Of a DNA stretch of 64,000 bases, positions 37,188 to 49,685 are shown one piece after another. Made by a program: the position numbers and the translations under genes. Under the pieces are notes generated by a model that was not told the origin of the DNA, did no database searches, and was given only the letters and a program-made list of their open reading frames with translations. Position 1 is the stretch's first letter; every line of letters begins with the position of its first letter. The DNA comes from Takakia lepidozioides (lineage: Eukaryota > Plantae > Bryophyta): contig CM060734.1 of assembly GCA_030704615.1 (NCBI GenBank), positions 40,610,001 to 40,674,000 on the forward strand. Direction: 5' to 3'.

Positions 37188-40050
37188 GAACTCGTGGAGG
37201 AGATTACTGACCGGGAGCAGAGGGACTACTACGCCGAATGGCCATCAATTATCCTCTGATCAGATAGGAATAATCAATTGCGGAAGGTTTCTAAGCTCCT
37301 GAACGACCCAAATAAAGCCCAAAAATTCGACACAACATTCCCGGAGAAAGTTGCTCACGCCAGGATGTATTATGAGTTGAGGGGGAAGCCCAAGAAATTC
37401 AACGATAACGTTTCCAAATCTGAAACCGTTCAGTGGAAGATAATTATTCGGACTTCCTTTATTGTTTAATGTTTTGTTGTTCATTCACTAGAACTGTGTG
37501 TCCCTGTTGTGTGTTGGCCTGACATGCTGTTCCTGTTGACCAGGAATTTTTGCAAGCTTCACAACTTATATTGGAGATGTTTAGCGTTAAGGAGGCCATA
37601 ACCTTGGTCCTTTTGTGTTGACGATGTTTGGGAGAAGTGGCATGAAGTTTTCAGAGAGTGGGAGAAGGAAAACCTTTTGGACATTAACGGAAAGAAGCAC
37701 AAGGGTGTACAATCGCAGCTAACAAAATTTGCAGTTTGCAAACTCCAAGGATTGAACCCCCTTCAAATGAAGAAGGTTGCGCAGAAGATTTTGGACTTGA
37801 AGATCTGCATTCGTGGTCCTTACAAAGGAAAAGACCCCAAGATTCTTTGCCTGTTCGATTACATCGATCGAATAAAGGACAGGCGGTTTATCATCGATGG
37901 TGTTATGGTGGTATTGGGATATGATGCCAGGAGCAAGCAGCATCCAGAGCCGTACACAAAAGCAGAATGGCTCGAAGTGAAGAAAAGGTACAAGTTCAAC
38001 AAGTCGGAATTTGAGACATTCCGATCGAAATTGGGGGCCAAATACATGAAAAGCAAAGTGAACATGAACATGAAGACCGAGAAAGTGAGTGACGCTTCCA
38101 TCAAATACGTGCTTTCATGTAAGAAAAAGGTTGAAGACATGGAGAAGGAAATGGGCAACCTCAAGGATACATTCAAGCCACATTACCAGTGCATTGGAGG
38201 GAAACGGAGGTTCACGGATGCCAAAACATAGTTGAAAATTGTGAGAAAGAGGGATTTCGATAACATCGCAATGGTGTTCGTCAACACAGTCTGTGACGAT
38301 GATTCAACTGTTTTCATGCAAAGAAATTACAAGAATATTTTTGATGCGTTCTTCGAACAGCAGCTGAGCCCCAATGCATTTGTTTTCTTCTCGACGCAGA
38401 GGTCCTCTTCCAATCTGGTTTCGTACGTAAGGTTTGGCGAGGGGCGGGACAAGTATATTCTGCTTCAGGGGTTGTATCTTCCTGGAGAGTTTGACAATCC
38501 TTACATGAGCCGGCCAAAGTCATTTTCAATGCCACTCATGTGCCTTGATTACGTATTTCCTGTTACAGCTGCCCAGATTGAGAACCACGAGGAGCACCTA
38601 CAGGGAGTGTTGATGTTCAGCACCATTAAACCAGTGATTAAGGCTCCGGACACTGAGCTCACGGAACACAAGAAAGATTGTGCCGCTTATGAACACGAAT
38701 TGCGGGCAGAGTCGAGCGACTACATTGCGTCCTTGTTCTGTGGCGAAGGGATGGCGGTTGTCAACGTTTTTGGAGGCGTAATGATAACATCAGCTCTCCA
38801 CGTAAGCATTTGATTTCCATATCCATTTGATTTCCATTTCCATTTCCATCTCCAAAACACATCTTTGGAACCTTGCACGATCACGCGTTCATCCTGTTTA
38901 CTCAATGGTTAGTATCTTTTGCAGGCTAGGAACGTCCGTGTCCTCGATATAAATCACAACCTGAAAAAGAAATTCTGCATGAATAAGGTTGCCGCTAACT
39001 ACACACTCCTCCACACGGAGAATGAGGACGGAACCGAGGTTGGTGATGACACATTGGGAGGGCAGGAGACCACAAGCACAATGGCGAAGGAAATGATGAC
39101 GACGATGACGATGAAGACGACGGACAAAGAGATCTAGAGATAGAGCAAAACCAGGAAGAAGGTGATTGAAACGAAACGTTGGAGAAAAATGAAGGACATG
39201 AGGAAAGTGATGAAGGCAAGGGCGACTACCAACACGATGATGCCATCAACAATTTTTTGGAAGAGGAGACAGAAAAAATTGAGCAAGGCAGAAATCCACC
39301 AGCTGAACAAGCAGGGAGGGTAGTACCAAAAGAAAGCCACCATCCACAGGCCTAGACAAATACCCGTGAATGAGACAATCCCGAGACAATTGTGCTGTCT
39401 TCCTCCACTGAAGAAGTGGGGGGAGACAATGTAAAGGATAACACTGATTCTAGAGACGTCTTCAATAAGGAGATTTCAGAAATAGACTTAGGGGTGGGAT
39501 TCAGTCCTGTGGAGGGGGATATGCCATTACAGATGTCACTGTATCAAGGTTTAAGCCAACGAGTTAGAGACATCGTTGATGGTCAGGCTTCTAGGGCATT
39601 GGTCAGCAATCAAAACTCTATTGAAGTGAGTATTGCAGATTATGAGTTGTCCTGACACTTGTAAAACCCAATTTATAACAAACTTGATACAACATCAGAA
39701 TCTTATACCAATGGAACTATTAACCTATTGCACAATGATAATCTCGTAAATGAATCGAAATTTATACGGAAGTCTAATCATCCGCATTTTTTGTAGATCC
39801 GTGAGTCCAATACGGAGGAAGTGACACATACCAGAACAAACGACATACAACAGCGTACAATGAAGAAACAATATGACTTGAGAGTGACGATATCGTCGCC
39901 TAAGGTGACAACTTCGGAAAACCGCGGGCGATCGCGCGAGGTTACTTATGGGAGGGGTCGACAAAAACATACCGGACGGTGAAAGACCCATCGTCGATGG
40001 AATTGGCGGCGAAACCTCATCCGGCTTGGAGCAAGTGCCGCCAAAGCTGG
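37188..40050 (+). pseudogene. Downstream exons of the ParB-like gene: helical region, degenerate beta-class methyltransferase fold, acidic tail
   Basis: Exons at about 37188-37463, 37544-38801, 38925-39625 and 39798-40050; ELRAE...LFCGEGMAVVNVFGG...ALH/ARNVRVLD resembles MTase motifs X-I-II; no DPPY; a few stops and frameshifts. Confidence 0.6.
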
Positions 40051-40195
40051 TACTTCATTCTCCGCCTTCTGCTTTCCTTTCTGCATTCCATTGCGAAAAA
40101 ATTCCAATGAATTAATTAATAATTATTTCCTAATGATCTATCCACCACACGGCTATTCCCAAGATGTCCAACCCGCGGATTTCTTTGCTCTTCGA

Positions 40196-40905
40196 ATGGG
40201 TCCAAATGGATGTCAGCCCGGATATTATGTCCTGGTTCTGGATGTCAGGTTCCTATGTGAGGTCTACCTCCAGAATGGGCCAAACCCTCCCGCAACTCAG
40301 CCTTGTATCTCCGCTGGAAGATTTAAGTTAGCAATGCGACATGAGGTGGGAGACTTCCTCAAATGGGTCGTCAAGAAGTTTTGGGTCATCTTATGGAACA
40401 CTGGCAAAGAAGAGACTGTCGTGGATTTCAAATCAGCCTTGTTCGAGAGAACGCCCACAAGGTCATGCATTACAGTTCCGACCAATGTGTGGAACATAGA
40501 CTTACTTTCAACACATATTGGCCTACGCTACCTAAGGCCCCAATCTACTTCAAACGACTTTACGACTTGTTCGTAGACCCCGACTCTAAAGCTTACAGGT
40601 CTAACACCCTGCTTATCGACGTCGTTGGGAACATGTACAAGTCTTTTCTCAATCCTCTGAGCCTGGTCATCTTCCTACCTAAATATGAAGCATTTGTAGA
40701 TCCATACAAGGATGAGTTTTTGATGGGTCATCTGAAGCCCCACCTGGAGAAGTTGAAGCATTCAAAAATGGACACTTGGGCCTTCAATGAGCAGAACCCT
40801 TTTGGAATACCTAAGGATATCTACTTTCAGGATGCTAGAGTGAAATTCATTAATCGCTGGGACTTTCCATGCCCAAGAACAAGGATGAATGAGATGCACA
40901 TCTAA
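40196..40905 (+). pseudogene. FCP1/NIF-like HAD phosphatase domain 1 (frameshifted, catalytic motif degenerate)
   Basis: VLVLDVRFLC...RHEVGDFLKW...FWVILWNT...PIYFKRL...SNTLLID...KSFLNP...NPFG. Confidence 0.75.
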
Positions 40906-41054
40906 AGTACCTAGAGGCCCTGGAAGTGGAACATGGGATATTAAAGTGAGTAGTTTTGAGAATGTATTGGGATTCTGACGTCATTGAGTTCATTATCTGT
41001 TCATGGGATTCTTCTTTTCTTGATTTACTTAATTGTCTTTATCACTCCTTCACA

Positions 41055-41679
41055 GATCCGACAGCCTAGATCTCCACCTGTGCGGGGACCTCGCTTGATA
41101 ATTTTTGACGTTAATGGAGTGTTATGCAAAATAACGAAGCGCCAGAGCCCAGGACCTGCTCCACATTTTTCGGAATCTGATTACAACATTCCTACTATTG
41201 TTGGGTATCAACAAATCTTTAGACGGAAGATGTACCGGGAAGTTTGGCAAGAGTTACATAAGCACTTCATTTTAGGTATCTGGAGCTGCATGATGCTTAA
41301 AAACTTAAATGCCGTTTTGGATTTGTTCCTACGTGGTCTTCCACGGCCAGCGTTCATCATGTCGCAGGAGGATTGTATCATTTGCCCAAGCAATCTGCAC
41401 CCAAATTACCGAACGGAACAAGATCAACCACCTGTGTTCTTGAAACCACTCTTTAAAGTATGGCAGAGTTCTGAAGGTTTTTACAATCAAGGTAACACTC
41501 TGCTGATTGATGATACGGCTTTGAAGTGTTTGTTGAACCCTCCCAAATCTTGTCTTCTTCTCAAGACTTTTGAGAACATCGACGTCGACGATTTCTTCCT
41601 TCTCAAACTTAGAGATTTCTTGCTTAGCTTCTTGAAATTTGAGAACGTCTCAAGCTTCTTGAAAGCAAGGAGAATATGA
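41055..41679 (+). CDS. FCP1/NIF-like HAD phosphatase domain 2
   Basis: RLIIFDVNGVLC...FILGIWSC...FIMSQEDC...PVFLKPLFKVW...GNTLLIDDTALKCLLNP; acceptor CAG just upstream. Confidence 0.85.
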
Positions 41680-43309
41680 TTTCCACCTTTCAAAGTTAAC
41701 GATCCACAGTTCAAGCCTCTTCTTGACTATATTGACAATTCACAATATTGTGATTTCCGAGTAAATGATAAGTAAATATTCGCGTCCTACTGTGGACACA
41801 GTTTACTATTTAAAATTGATTGTGAAGACCATGGAATTTCAGTCTTCTTCTGATATTCTTTTGCTTTGCATGGAAATTGTTATATTGCCGAACCATATGT
41901 AACGGTCAATGGATTCGTTGTTGCTTTATGTCTGTCGATTTCTTTTCGGAACCACGCGTGGTCACGCGTTCTTCCAACTCAACTTTGTTGACATATATTT
42001 CATTTGCATGTATGCCCATATCAATATGTTCTCCATGCCACAAATGCATCTCCAATTGGCGAAACAATATCGTCTGATATTGTTGACGATGTAGAAATGA
42101 TCAGGCCAGAAGCTTTCCAAGGACCTGACAACTTGTTGTCTACTCAGGCATCCATTGCTGTTATGGAGAGTGTTTCGAGGCTCAAAATGTCAAAAGGTGA
42201 ATCCACAGTTAGCAGGGTCGATGATTTAACTGGGGTTGGCTGCATAGTGGAGAGCGACTTTCAATATCTTGGGGAATCCTCCTTGGAGCCGTCCTTCTCC
42301 CAACACTTTCCACCAGACGCCGTCACAGGGCATCTATATGAGTCTACCGAACAATTGGTTGCAACTATCGCTCAATTGCCTCCTCATCATGTCGTAATTC
42401 CAAGCGGGTCACCGGATTACGAGGGCTGGACACCTCAGCTGCTGAGAAGTCAGGTGATTTATTTCTATTTCATCCATACATTTTATTGTTACATGTTTCT
42501 GTTCATCCTCTGATTTTCTCTCTTTACTCCAAGCCAGAAAAGTTGCAACGTATAACCTTCCTATGAAGCGACAACTTATGTGGGGTTGTATTCCAATGTA
42601 ATCCCTTTTTTTCCGTTTGAATTCGGTTCAGGATGTGCAGAAAGAAAGAAACCGAATTCCATTGCCAACCGTCAACGAGAAGGTTATTGAACTCACTCAT
42701 TCGCCAACTGAGGTCAGCACACCGACAAGACCGACAAATATTTCTGCACATCCCCAACCCCCCAGAATTCCGGATGGTCCTGTGTCAAGGAAACATCGCA
42801 GATCACAGCAGTCAGCGGCGGTCGTGTCCGATGATGAAAAAACAGCATCTGGCGTTCTGTTATCCCTTCAACATTCAACTGCCTCCAGTGGTAATCCGCC
42901 TCAGAATCGGAGGGTAAATCTAGCAAAGGTAATAAGTATCCCTTTCACTTGGTCCTCTGTCTTATTGGTTATGGCTTCCAAGTAATCATTACATATATTA
43001 TTTACATTGTCGACACAACTTTCACAAAGTAACCTCGCGCGATCGCGCGTGGTTGCAGGAAACTCAGAGACTCCCGATTGTGATTTTTTGTCTCAAGTCT
43101 CAATTGGATGTCGTAATGCTGAAAATATTACCTTAGCAAAATATTCCATTTGAAAATCAGGGTATAGAAACGAGGTAAACCACAAAACGTAAGTATGTCG
43201 TGGCATTTTTTGAGTTGCAAAATGTATTGGAAATACCTAATTTTTGGGTCAGATAACATAAACTAATGGGCTCTTTTGGATGGTTCAGAACGTTGTTACT
43301 CAAGAAATG

Positions 43310-43985
43310 TGTGGTGTCCGGAAACACAAACGCATGTTGCTGGTACTGAGTGTCAATGGACTTCTTTGCTATAGGCCACCTCCTACCGGAGGTGAGTTGT
43401 TTAAACAGAGGTTCCACTTGAGGAAAGTAACAATTCGGGTGCCCGCAAGACCATTTGTAGTTCCAAGACCTGGAGTGCTGGAGTTTCTTCGACTTGCATT
43501 GACTCATTTTCATGTAGCGATTTGGTCTTGCTCTGAGAGGGATACTGTATTCAAGATGTTGGAGTGTTTCGTTCCTTCGGAAATTATGAAACAATTTCGT
43601 TCATATGGTCTGCCGAGCATTGCACAGATATAGCTGGACATATTAAGCCTGGAATGAAATATCTTATTAAAAATATTAAGAGTATTCTCGTAAAATTTAA
43701 TGGGAAAGAATTTGCTAGGTAGGGGCAAATTCTACTGGTCGACGATGACCCTTCCAAGGCACTCCGAAACCCAGTGAATATTAGAGTCTTCCCCATCACA
43801 TTCAAGGAATCAAGCAATTTGGAGGATTTGGTTGACCTCACCAAATCTTTGTGGCCTTTTCTCTCTGGCTTGATTGGAGCCCAGTCTGTTGTTGATTACG
43901 TCGGCAAAAACTCCTGCAAATCTTCCTGCCCTCCGATAGGTCGAAATCACGTCTACTGGTCCTGGTTTGGAAGATTTATTGATGC
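43310..43985 (+). pseudogene. FCP1/NIF-like HAD phosphatase domain 3 (disrupted)
   Basis: LLVLSVNGLLC...PRPGVLEFLRLALTHFHVAIWSC...ILLVDDDPSKALRNP...LWPFLSGL...SVVDYV. Confidence 0.8.
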
Positions 43986-46249
43986 TTCTGTTGGCACCCC
44001 CCTCAAAAAGATCCTGATTATCTGGGTACGTAGTTTAACATTGCCATATTTTGTGTGTAGTCCATCAACTTTACTTCAACCTCCATTTGTACTTTTTCGT
44101 TTGTTGACTTCACGTGACTTTTGTGAGATCAATGATATTTCAATGATCTTTGTATTTTCTTTAATAATTCCCTTATGTGCTGCCTCCACACAGTTATATT
44201 CCAGTGTCAAGTTCACACTCAAATTCAACAGAAGAAGAAAAAGGAACGGCAGCGGAGCGGAGGGACAGCGAGGCTTTACGTTTGTCAAGGTCATCAAGTA
44301 CAGCTACCAGTGAGGTGTCTGGTCATATCTTACATCAATCTCCCACTGTATCAATCTCCTCGGGTACACAAAATTCCGCCATCAGTGGTAACCGACGGCG
44401 ATCTCGAACATATGCGTTGAGCGTGAGCCATTTGGGAAGCAACTCTGTGTTATTGATGAATTAAACTATGGCCGGCCTGTTCATTACACACATACGTTAT
44501 TTAACTCTCTCAATGTTATGCCAGATCCTTTCGGCTGTAATGTTAGTCATCAAAGTTTGAGAGAAATCACGCGCGATCTCCTTCATATATCCTCTTGTGG
44601 AGCTATCATGGATCAACAGTGCCATCAGATGTTATCAAAACAAGTTGACTTCATTGTCAGTTTAAGCAATAACAGATCAGGCTAGAGGCTGGAGGAGGTT
44701 GGAGGAGAAGAAATTTTCCGAAGTTTTCATATTACGATGGGGAACAAGTGACACGATTATAGTCTATGACTGAATTCGGGTTTCTATCTCGTAATTCAAG
44801 CTCCCACGATGGTCGTCTCATTTGTTCCTGAACGGATTGTGAAGCTCTGTTAAAATCTCTCTTCAAATGGATTGAAGTAATTTTGGCGGCTTCGAAATTC
44901 CTTCCCTGACGAATTGATGGCCACCTTCTGGTTGATTGAAATCTGGATGCACTCGGCTCGTTGTGGTTCTCAATGGTGGTAGAGAGAGATCTGTCGTGTG
45001 ATCACTCGTGGTTCAAAATGCGGACTTTAGCATCGTCCTGGTTCTCCAGCCGACTGCCAAAGTGTTATATTACCTCAAAAGTGCAACATGTGATTGGTCG
45101 GAGTGATGTTTTTTCTATGCTCATGCATTCAACAACGAAAATGCTATTATTTGAAGATGTGATGATTCTGCAGGCATAGTGAGTTACTTCAGGTCAGTTA
45201 CAGTGAGGGAACTCAAGGTATTCGGATAATCCGTCCCGGAATATTTCACACCATTATCCTGGATGATTCATTGATGTGTTTTAGAACACGCACTCAAATC
45301 ATCGAGGCTGATGGTGTCACTTGTTCCCTGGCGGATTGTTCAAGTATCTTATAATCCTAGTCTTTAAGTTGTTTGAAGTCATTCTCCCTGCTTGCATAAT
45401 CCGATCTCCAACAATTGACAGCATCCTCGTGGTGTTTTATTTGGTTCCTATATCCTTCGTTTGGAGATCCATTATTCTTTTGAGAAACACCAACGATTAA
45501 CATCGCGCAATCACGCGTGCTTTTCTAAGAGCTGACCTGTTCTGATGTCCATCATTGCACACCAAAATGGTGTTACGAGGAGGCAGAATGTCAGCAATTG
45601 AACGTCAATCTCCAGCGACATTCTCATCGTTTTCATTTGGACTGGACGCCAAAGGAGGAACACCGTCGCTAACAATCTATGCAAACAATCTGTGCAAACA
45701 ATCTCAACAATCATATGTACTTCAAGGTGCTTGATACCGCGTATGTTCATGTAGCTGATTTCTATAGGAGTCTTTTTGCTATTCCCATTCCAACAACATC
45801 AGGTCCAGTGAGACTGCCATATTCCGAAATCGGAATCAGGCACCACCTACATGAAACCATCAGCTAAGAATGAAATCTCTAGTTCATTCAATCACAGCCC
45901 GGAGAAATATCTCAAGCTGCTGGCCAACTACTGTGGGCTAGGGTGTTTATCTGGAGTTGCATACAATGAATCGAAGATCTAGTTGTCAGCTGATATGCAG
46001 CTGATGGTTTTATATTGGTCAATGATGGTGGGCCGTGGCTGATACGGGAGTCTGAATATGACAGTCTCTGGGGACCTGATACTGTTCACATGGGAATAGC
46101 AAAATGACTACTATACAATTCAGCTACAGGAACAACAATAACATCAAACACCTAGCAGTAAATAGGATTTTTTACATTGCTTGTGATAGCTCCAATCAGT
46201 TAGTTGGTGGTTAGTCAGTTGGAGATTATTTAGTTGGTGATCAGTTTAC

Positions 46250-46560
46250 GAGTGCTTTACAGTAAATCGTCAGAAGTACCACAGCCCATCATAGATGAAC
46301 CTCGACTAGTCACCCGACACTATTTTCTTGAAGATTTCACAGAAAACGTCACTCTCTCCATCAACGTACTCGCCACCGAGCCACTTTCCAGAAGCATACG
46401 AGCAGCATATTTACTCCCCAATTGGATACTTTCAACATCTTACTCTAGGGTCAGTTACTTGGACATTATGTTTTGAAGAGCATATGAATAATTCATCATC
46501 TTCACGGTTCACTAAAAGTCTGCAAGACCACCAATTCTTCAAGAAGTACAGCTGAACTTT
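46250..46560 (+). pseudogene. Degenerate paralog of the CTD-like gene
   Basis: TYSPPS...IYSPIGYFQHLTLGS matches TYSPES...YSPIGYF and YSPIGYFRHLRPGS in 34363-34995. Confidence 0.5.
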
Positions 46561-47120
46561 GGTCGCACAAGACATTGTTGGTTGGCGTAATATTGGAGGA
46601 TATTTTTTGTGAGGTCATCACCATATCAACGATTCTCGAGACAACATTTCAAGGACTTCTTCCATCAACCTTCGGAACAACGGAAGAATACAGATTTGAA
46701 AATGGTCCCTCCAACCTTGTCAAAATATCGTGATTTTGGGTAATGACTTTCCTCAAAATATTCTCATCATAAGTACGTCGGCCAACATCGTCTTGTGCTA
46801 ACGGAGTTCAGCCCTCCTTCTAGAAGTTGATACTCTCATTGACATGGTTTACGTTACTTGTATTGGTCCATGCCGCATGGGGCGAGACTTACTCAAATTG
46901 ACATGGTTCTGAAATAAAACCTGGTTGTTTATCATCAATGTTTCCCCATTGTCTTTCATTTCATTTCATGGTATTGTGTCATTGTGCCATGTTTTCCATA
47001 TTTGATTGATTTGTCTTGTACGTTACATCTTCGTAAGCTCAGTCGCGGTTACGAATATGACTGGTGCTCCAATCATCCATCAGGCCGCGGATCATGAGAC
47101 GAGTTATCACCCGACACCCG

Positions 47121-47338
47121 TTTTTTTAATTTATTTTTTAATGTAATGGAAACACCTGGGAGCGACAGCTTACAAATCAGGCCCCCTTAATAGTATAACC
47201 TCTTTCACAGTAACCCCGCCATGTGGCGTTGGAATGGGACACACCCAGGAACATACCACACTCGTCAGTAGCAAGATATGACCCCATCATCATCTTGGTG
47301 GCACTCAGTGCACTTCACCTACTGAGCTATTGACTGTT
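47121..47338 (-). mobile_element. tRNA-derived SINE
   Basis: On the minus strand: A box TAGCTCAGTAGG, degenerate B box GGGTCATATC, A-rich tail. Confidence 0.6.
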
Positions 47339-48526
47339 GGTATCTCATTCAACTCTTACTAAACGTCGAGTGAACAGTGGAACTTGCTTTATGAGCCAAA
47401 TAGAAACTATTTTTTCTCCTGAAGTTTATACATAATGTTTCTTTATTGCTCATATTATATATTAATAGATAAACAATTATTTATATCTTTATATTTACAT
47501 TTAAAATGATCCATTTAAATTCATTTAAATGATTTAAAAAATACATATTCAGATATTTCTCCTTATTTCTGGACCAAACTTTAGTCCAGATTTACTTAAA
47601 ATTGTGTTTTCTACCTCAAAACAAACAACACAATTCCATCCTACCTCCTTAGTCACGTGCATATCCATAGCATATGCAACTCCGACCACTACCCTGTATC
47701 AGGGGATGCTAAACTGTGAGCGGCTCACGTGAGCGGAAAGATTCGTGAGTGAAGATACCAATCCGTGAGCGGTAAGATTCTCATGGATGAGGATGAATGT
47801 CACTGCAAGGGCGTGTAACCGCGGATGGAAAAACCATGCGGGACCTGTATCCGCGGGAAAGTCTGCACACAACAAGACAGTAATTTGCAACAACGTAGAA
47901 GAGACAATGGCAGCAAGCGGATGGAAAGCGGATGAATGGAGGGTGGATGTTGGATGAATAATGGATGAAAGTTGATGGATGATAAATGAAGGAAACTAGA
48001 TGAAATTTTGGTTGATGGTATGAGTTTGATGAATGAATGTTGGATGAATTTTGGATGTTCACGGATGCAATCCAGCACATTGATGGATTAATGCATGCTC
48101 ATCTCATTGGATGAATGCTTGAAAAGAATGTGGATGTTGAGATTTTCTATTGTTGACGTTTGTAGGATGGTTGAACAAACATACATGAAGAAGGAAGTTT
48201 TGAATAGAAGAACAGGTCGAGAGTCACAGGCATTATTGAAACCATAGAAGTCGATATTGCTTCATTATCCATAGAAAGTCCGAAAATTTATGGGTCATTT
48301 CGATTGTCCAGATCCACTGGTAGAGGAGCTTGCATTGGAAACTGAAGCACGACTATCAATGAACACCATCGTCCCACTATGCACACGTCCATTCCTACCA
48401 CAAACCTGTCTAGGGGGAGATGTTTCGAGAGCAAATGTTCTTGTTGTAGCCTCAGCATAACATGACAATTCAAGCATGGGTGGCGGACTTGGAAAGAAGT
48501 CCGGGTTCGCAAAGAAAGGGAGGAAC

Positions 48527-49685
48527 CTAGGTGTAGTTGGGCTCCTGCAAAACATTGCAAACATTCATGAGAATCCCCAATTCCGACGCCACAACGGAGT
48601 CCCATGCAAAGAAGAAAAAGCATACGATCTCATGGAGGGGAGCAATTACCTCTTTGTACAACTCTCCATCCCCCTCAAAGGCAAACATATGCCTTCCAGC
48701 AGCCTTGTAGGCATGGAACGATGCCTCTGCCAGACGAATAAACCAAATGAGCCAAGATATGTGCACGAACCTGCACTTTCGAACTACAACAATGAAGGCA
48801 GATTATTGCTAGAGTGTGAAGGCCCGAACTTGTTCCAAGAGTGAGGTCAACAACACGGGACCCTTCAACACTGCAAGACTCAATGACTATCTGCATGAAT
48901 GCAAGACTCTTTTCCCGTGCACCTCTCCATGGCTCTCTCGAATTCCGCAGCACAGTAAGTGAGGCGTCCACGTAGTTGTAGATAAAATCATCATCCACGG
49001 GATCGCAGGACGAGTCAACATGCGTTCCCCCTTTCAAGACCTGGAACTCCTTAACAGATGACGGTGTGGATGGGTGACGTTCTCTTACGAGACAGTGTGC
49101 ATCAAAAGCTCGTGTCTACGAAATGAAAACACCGGACTCAATGAGGTGAGCGCCAAGGCAACATCAAGGTAGGTAGCAGATGACAACCTTGCACTACGAT
49201 TTCGTCAACGCAAGGATGCAAGAGAAGATTGACAGCGCAGAAGAAAAATAAAGCTCTCCAAACACGGGAAACATTTCTACAAGATTTAATGAAATGGAGG
49301 ATACGACATACCTTCTGGCCTGGGAAGTCCCCCTTTGTAAGTGGGAGACTATTAACTCCATTCCAGCTTTTAATCACCTTCATCCCACCAGACTTCAGGA
49401 AACTGGACAGTAGTCGTCGGCACTTTGCATTGGCAACTTGTAGGATGAGCAAACACCCATTGTCAGCCAAGAAGTTCCCACAGAACTTGAAGACCCAGGG
49501 CCAGTAGTGCTCGTCCCATTCATTCCAGGCTGGAGTGACACCTTTCGGTGGAAGATCTGGGACTGGAAGCCCGTCTGGAATGTCCACAACAACGAGCTCG
49601 CAGGCAAAGGGTTTTTTCTCTCCGTTTACCCACGATGGATCTTTCCCAGCCGTCACCCCCCAAAGCAATCCAATTTAAATGACAT
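48527..49685 (-). CDS. Spliced beta-class DNA amino-methyltransferase (N6A/N4C family) homolog; exons 49685-49312, 49115-48830, 48726-48527
   Basis: Motif IV-like ELVVVDIPDG near the N-terminus; FLADNGCLLI; WRGAREKS..FMQIVIESCSVEGSRVVDLTLGT (motifs X-I); ASFHAYKAAGRHMFAFEGD (motifs II-III); GT-AG introns; one frameshift in a G6 run near the start. Confidence 0.8.

Larger units (their letters stand above)
33319..45520. repeat. Dispersed family of about 13 CpG-rich palindromes, consensus GCACGCGCGATCGCGCGTGC
   Basis: Copies at 33319, 35059, 35236, 35771, 36143, 37035, 37122, 38874, 39920, 41950, 43031, 44568 and 45503; none noticed elsewhere in the window. Confidence 0.9.
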
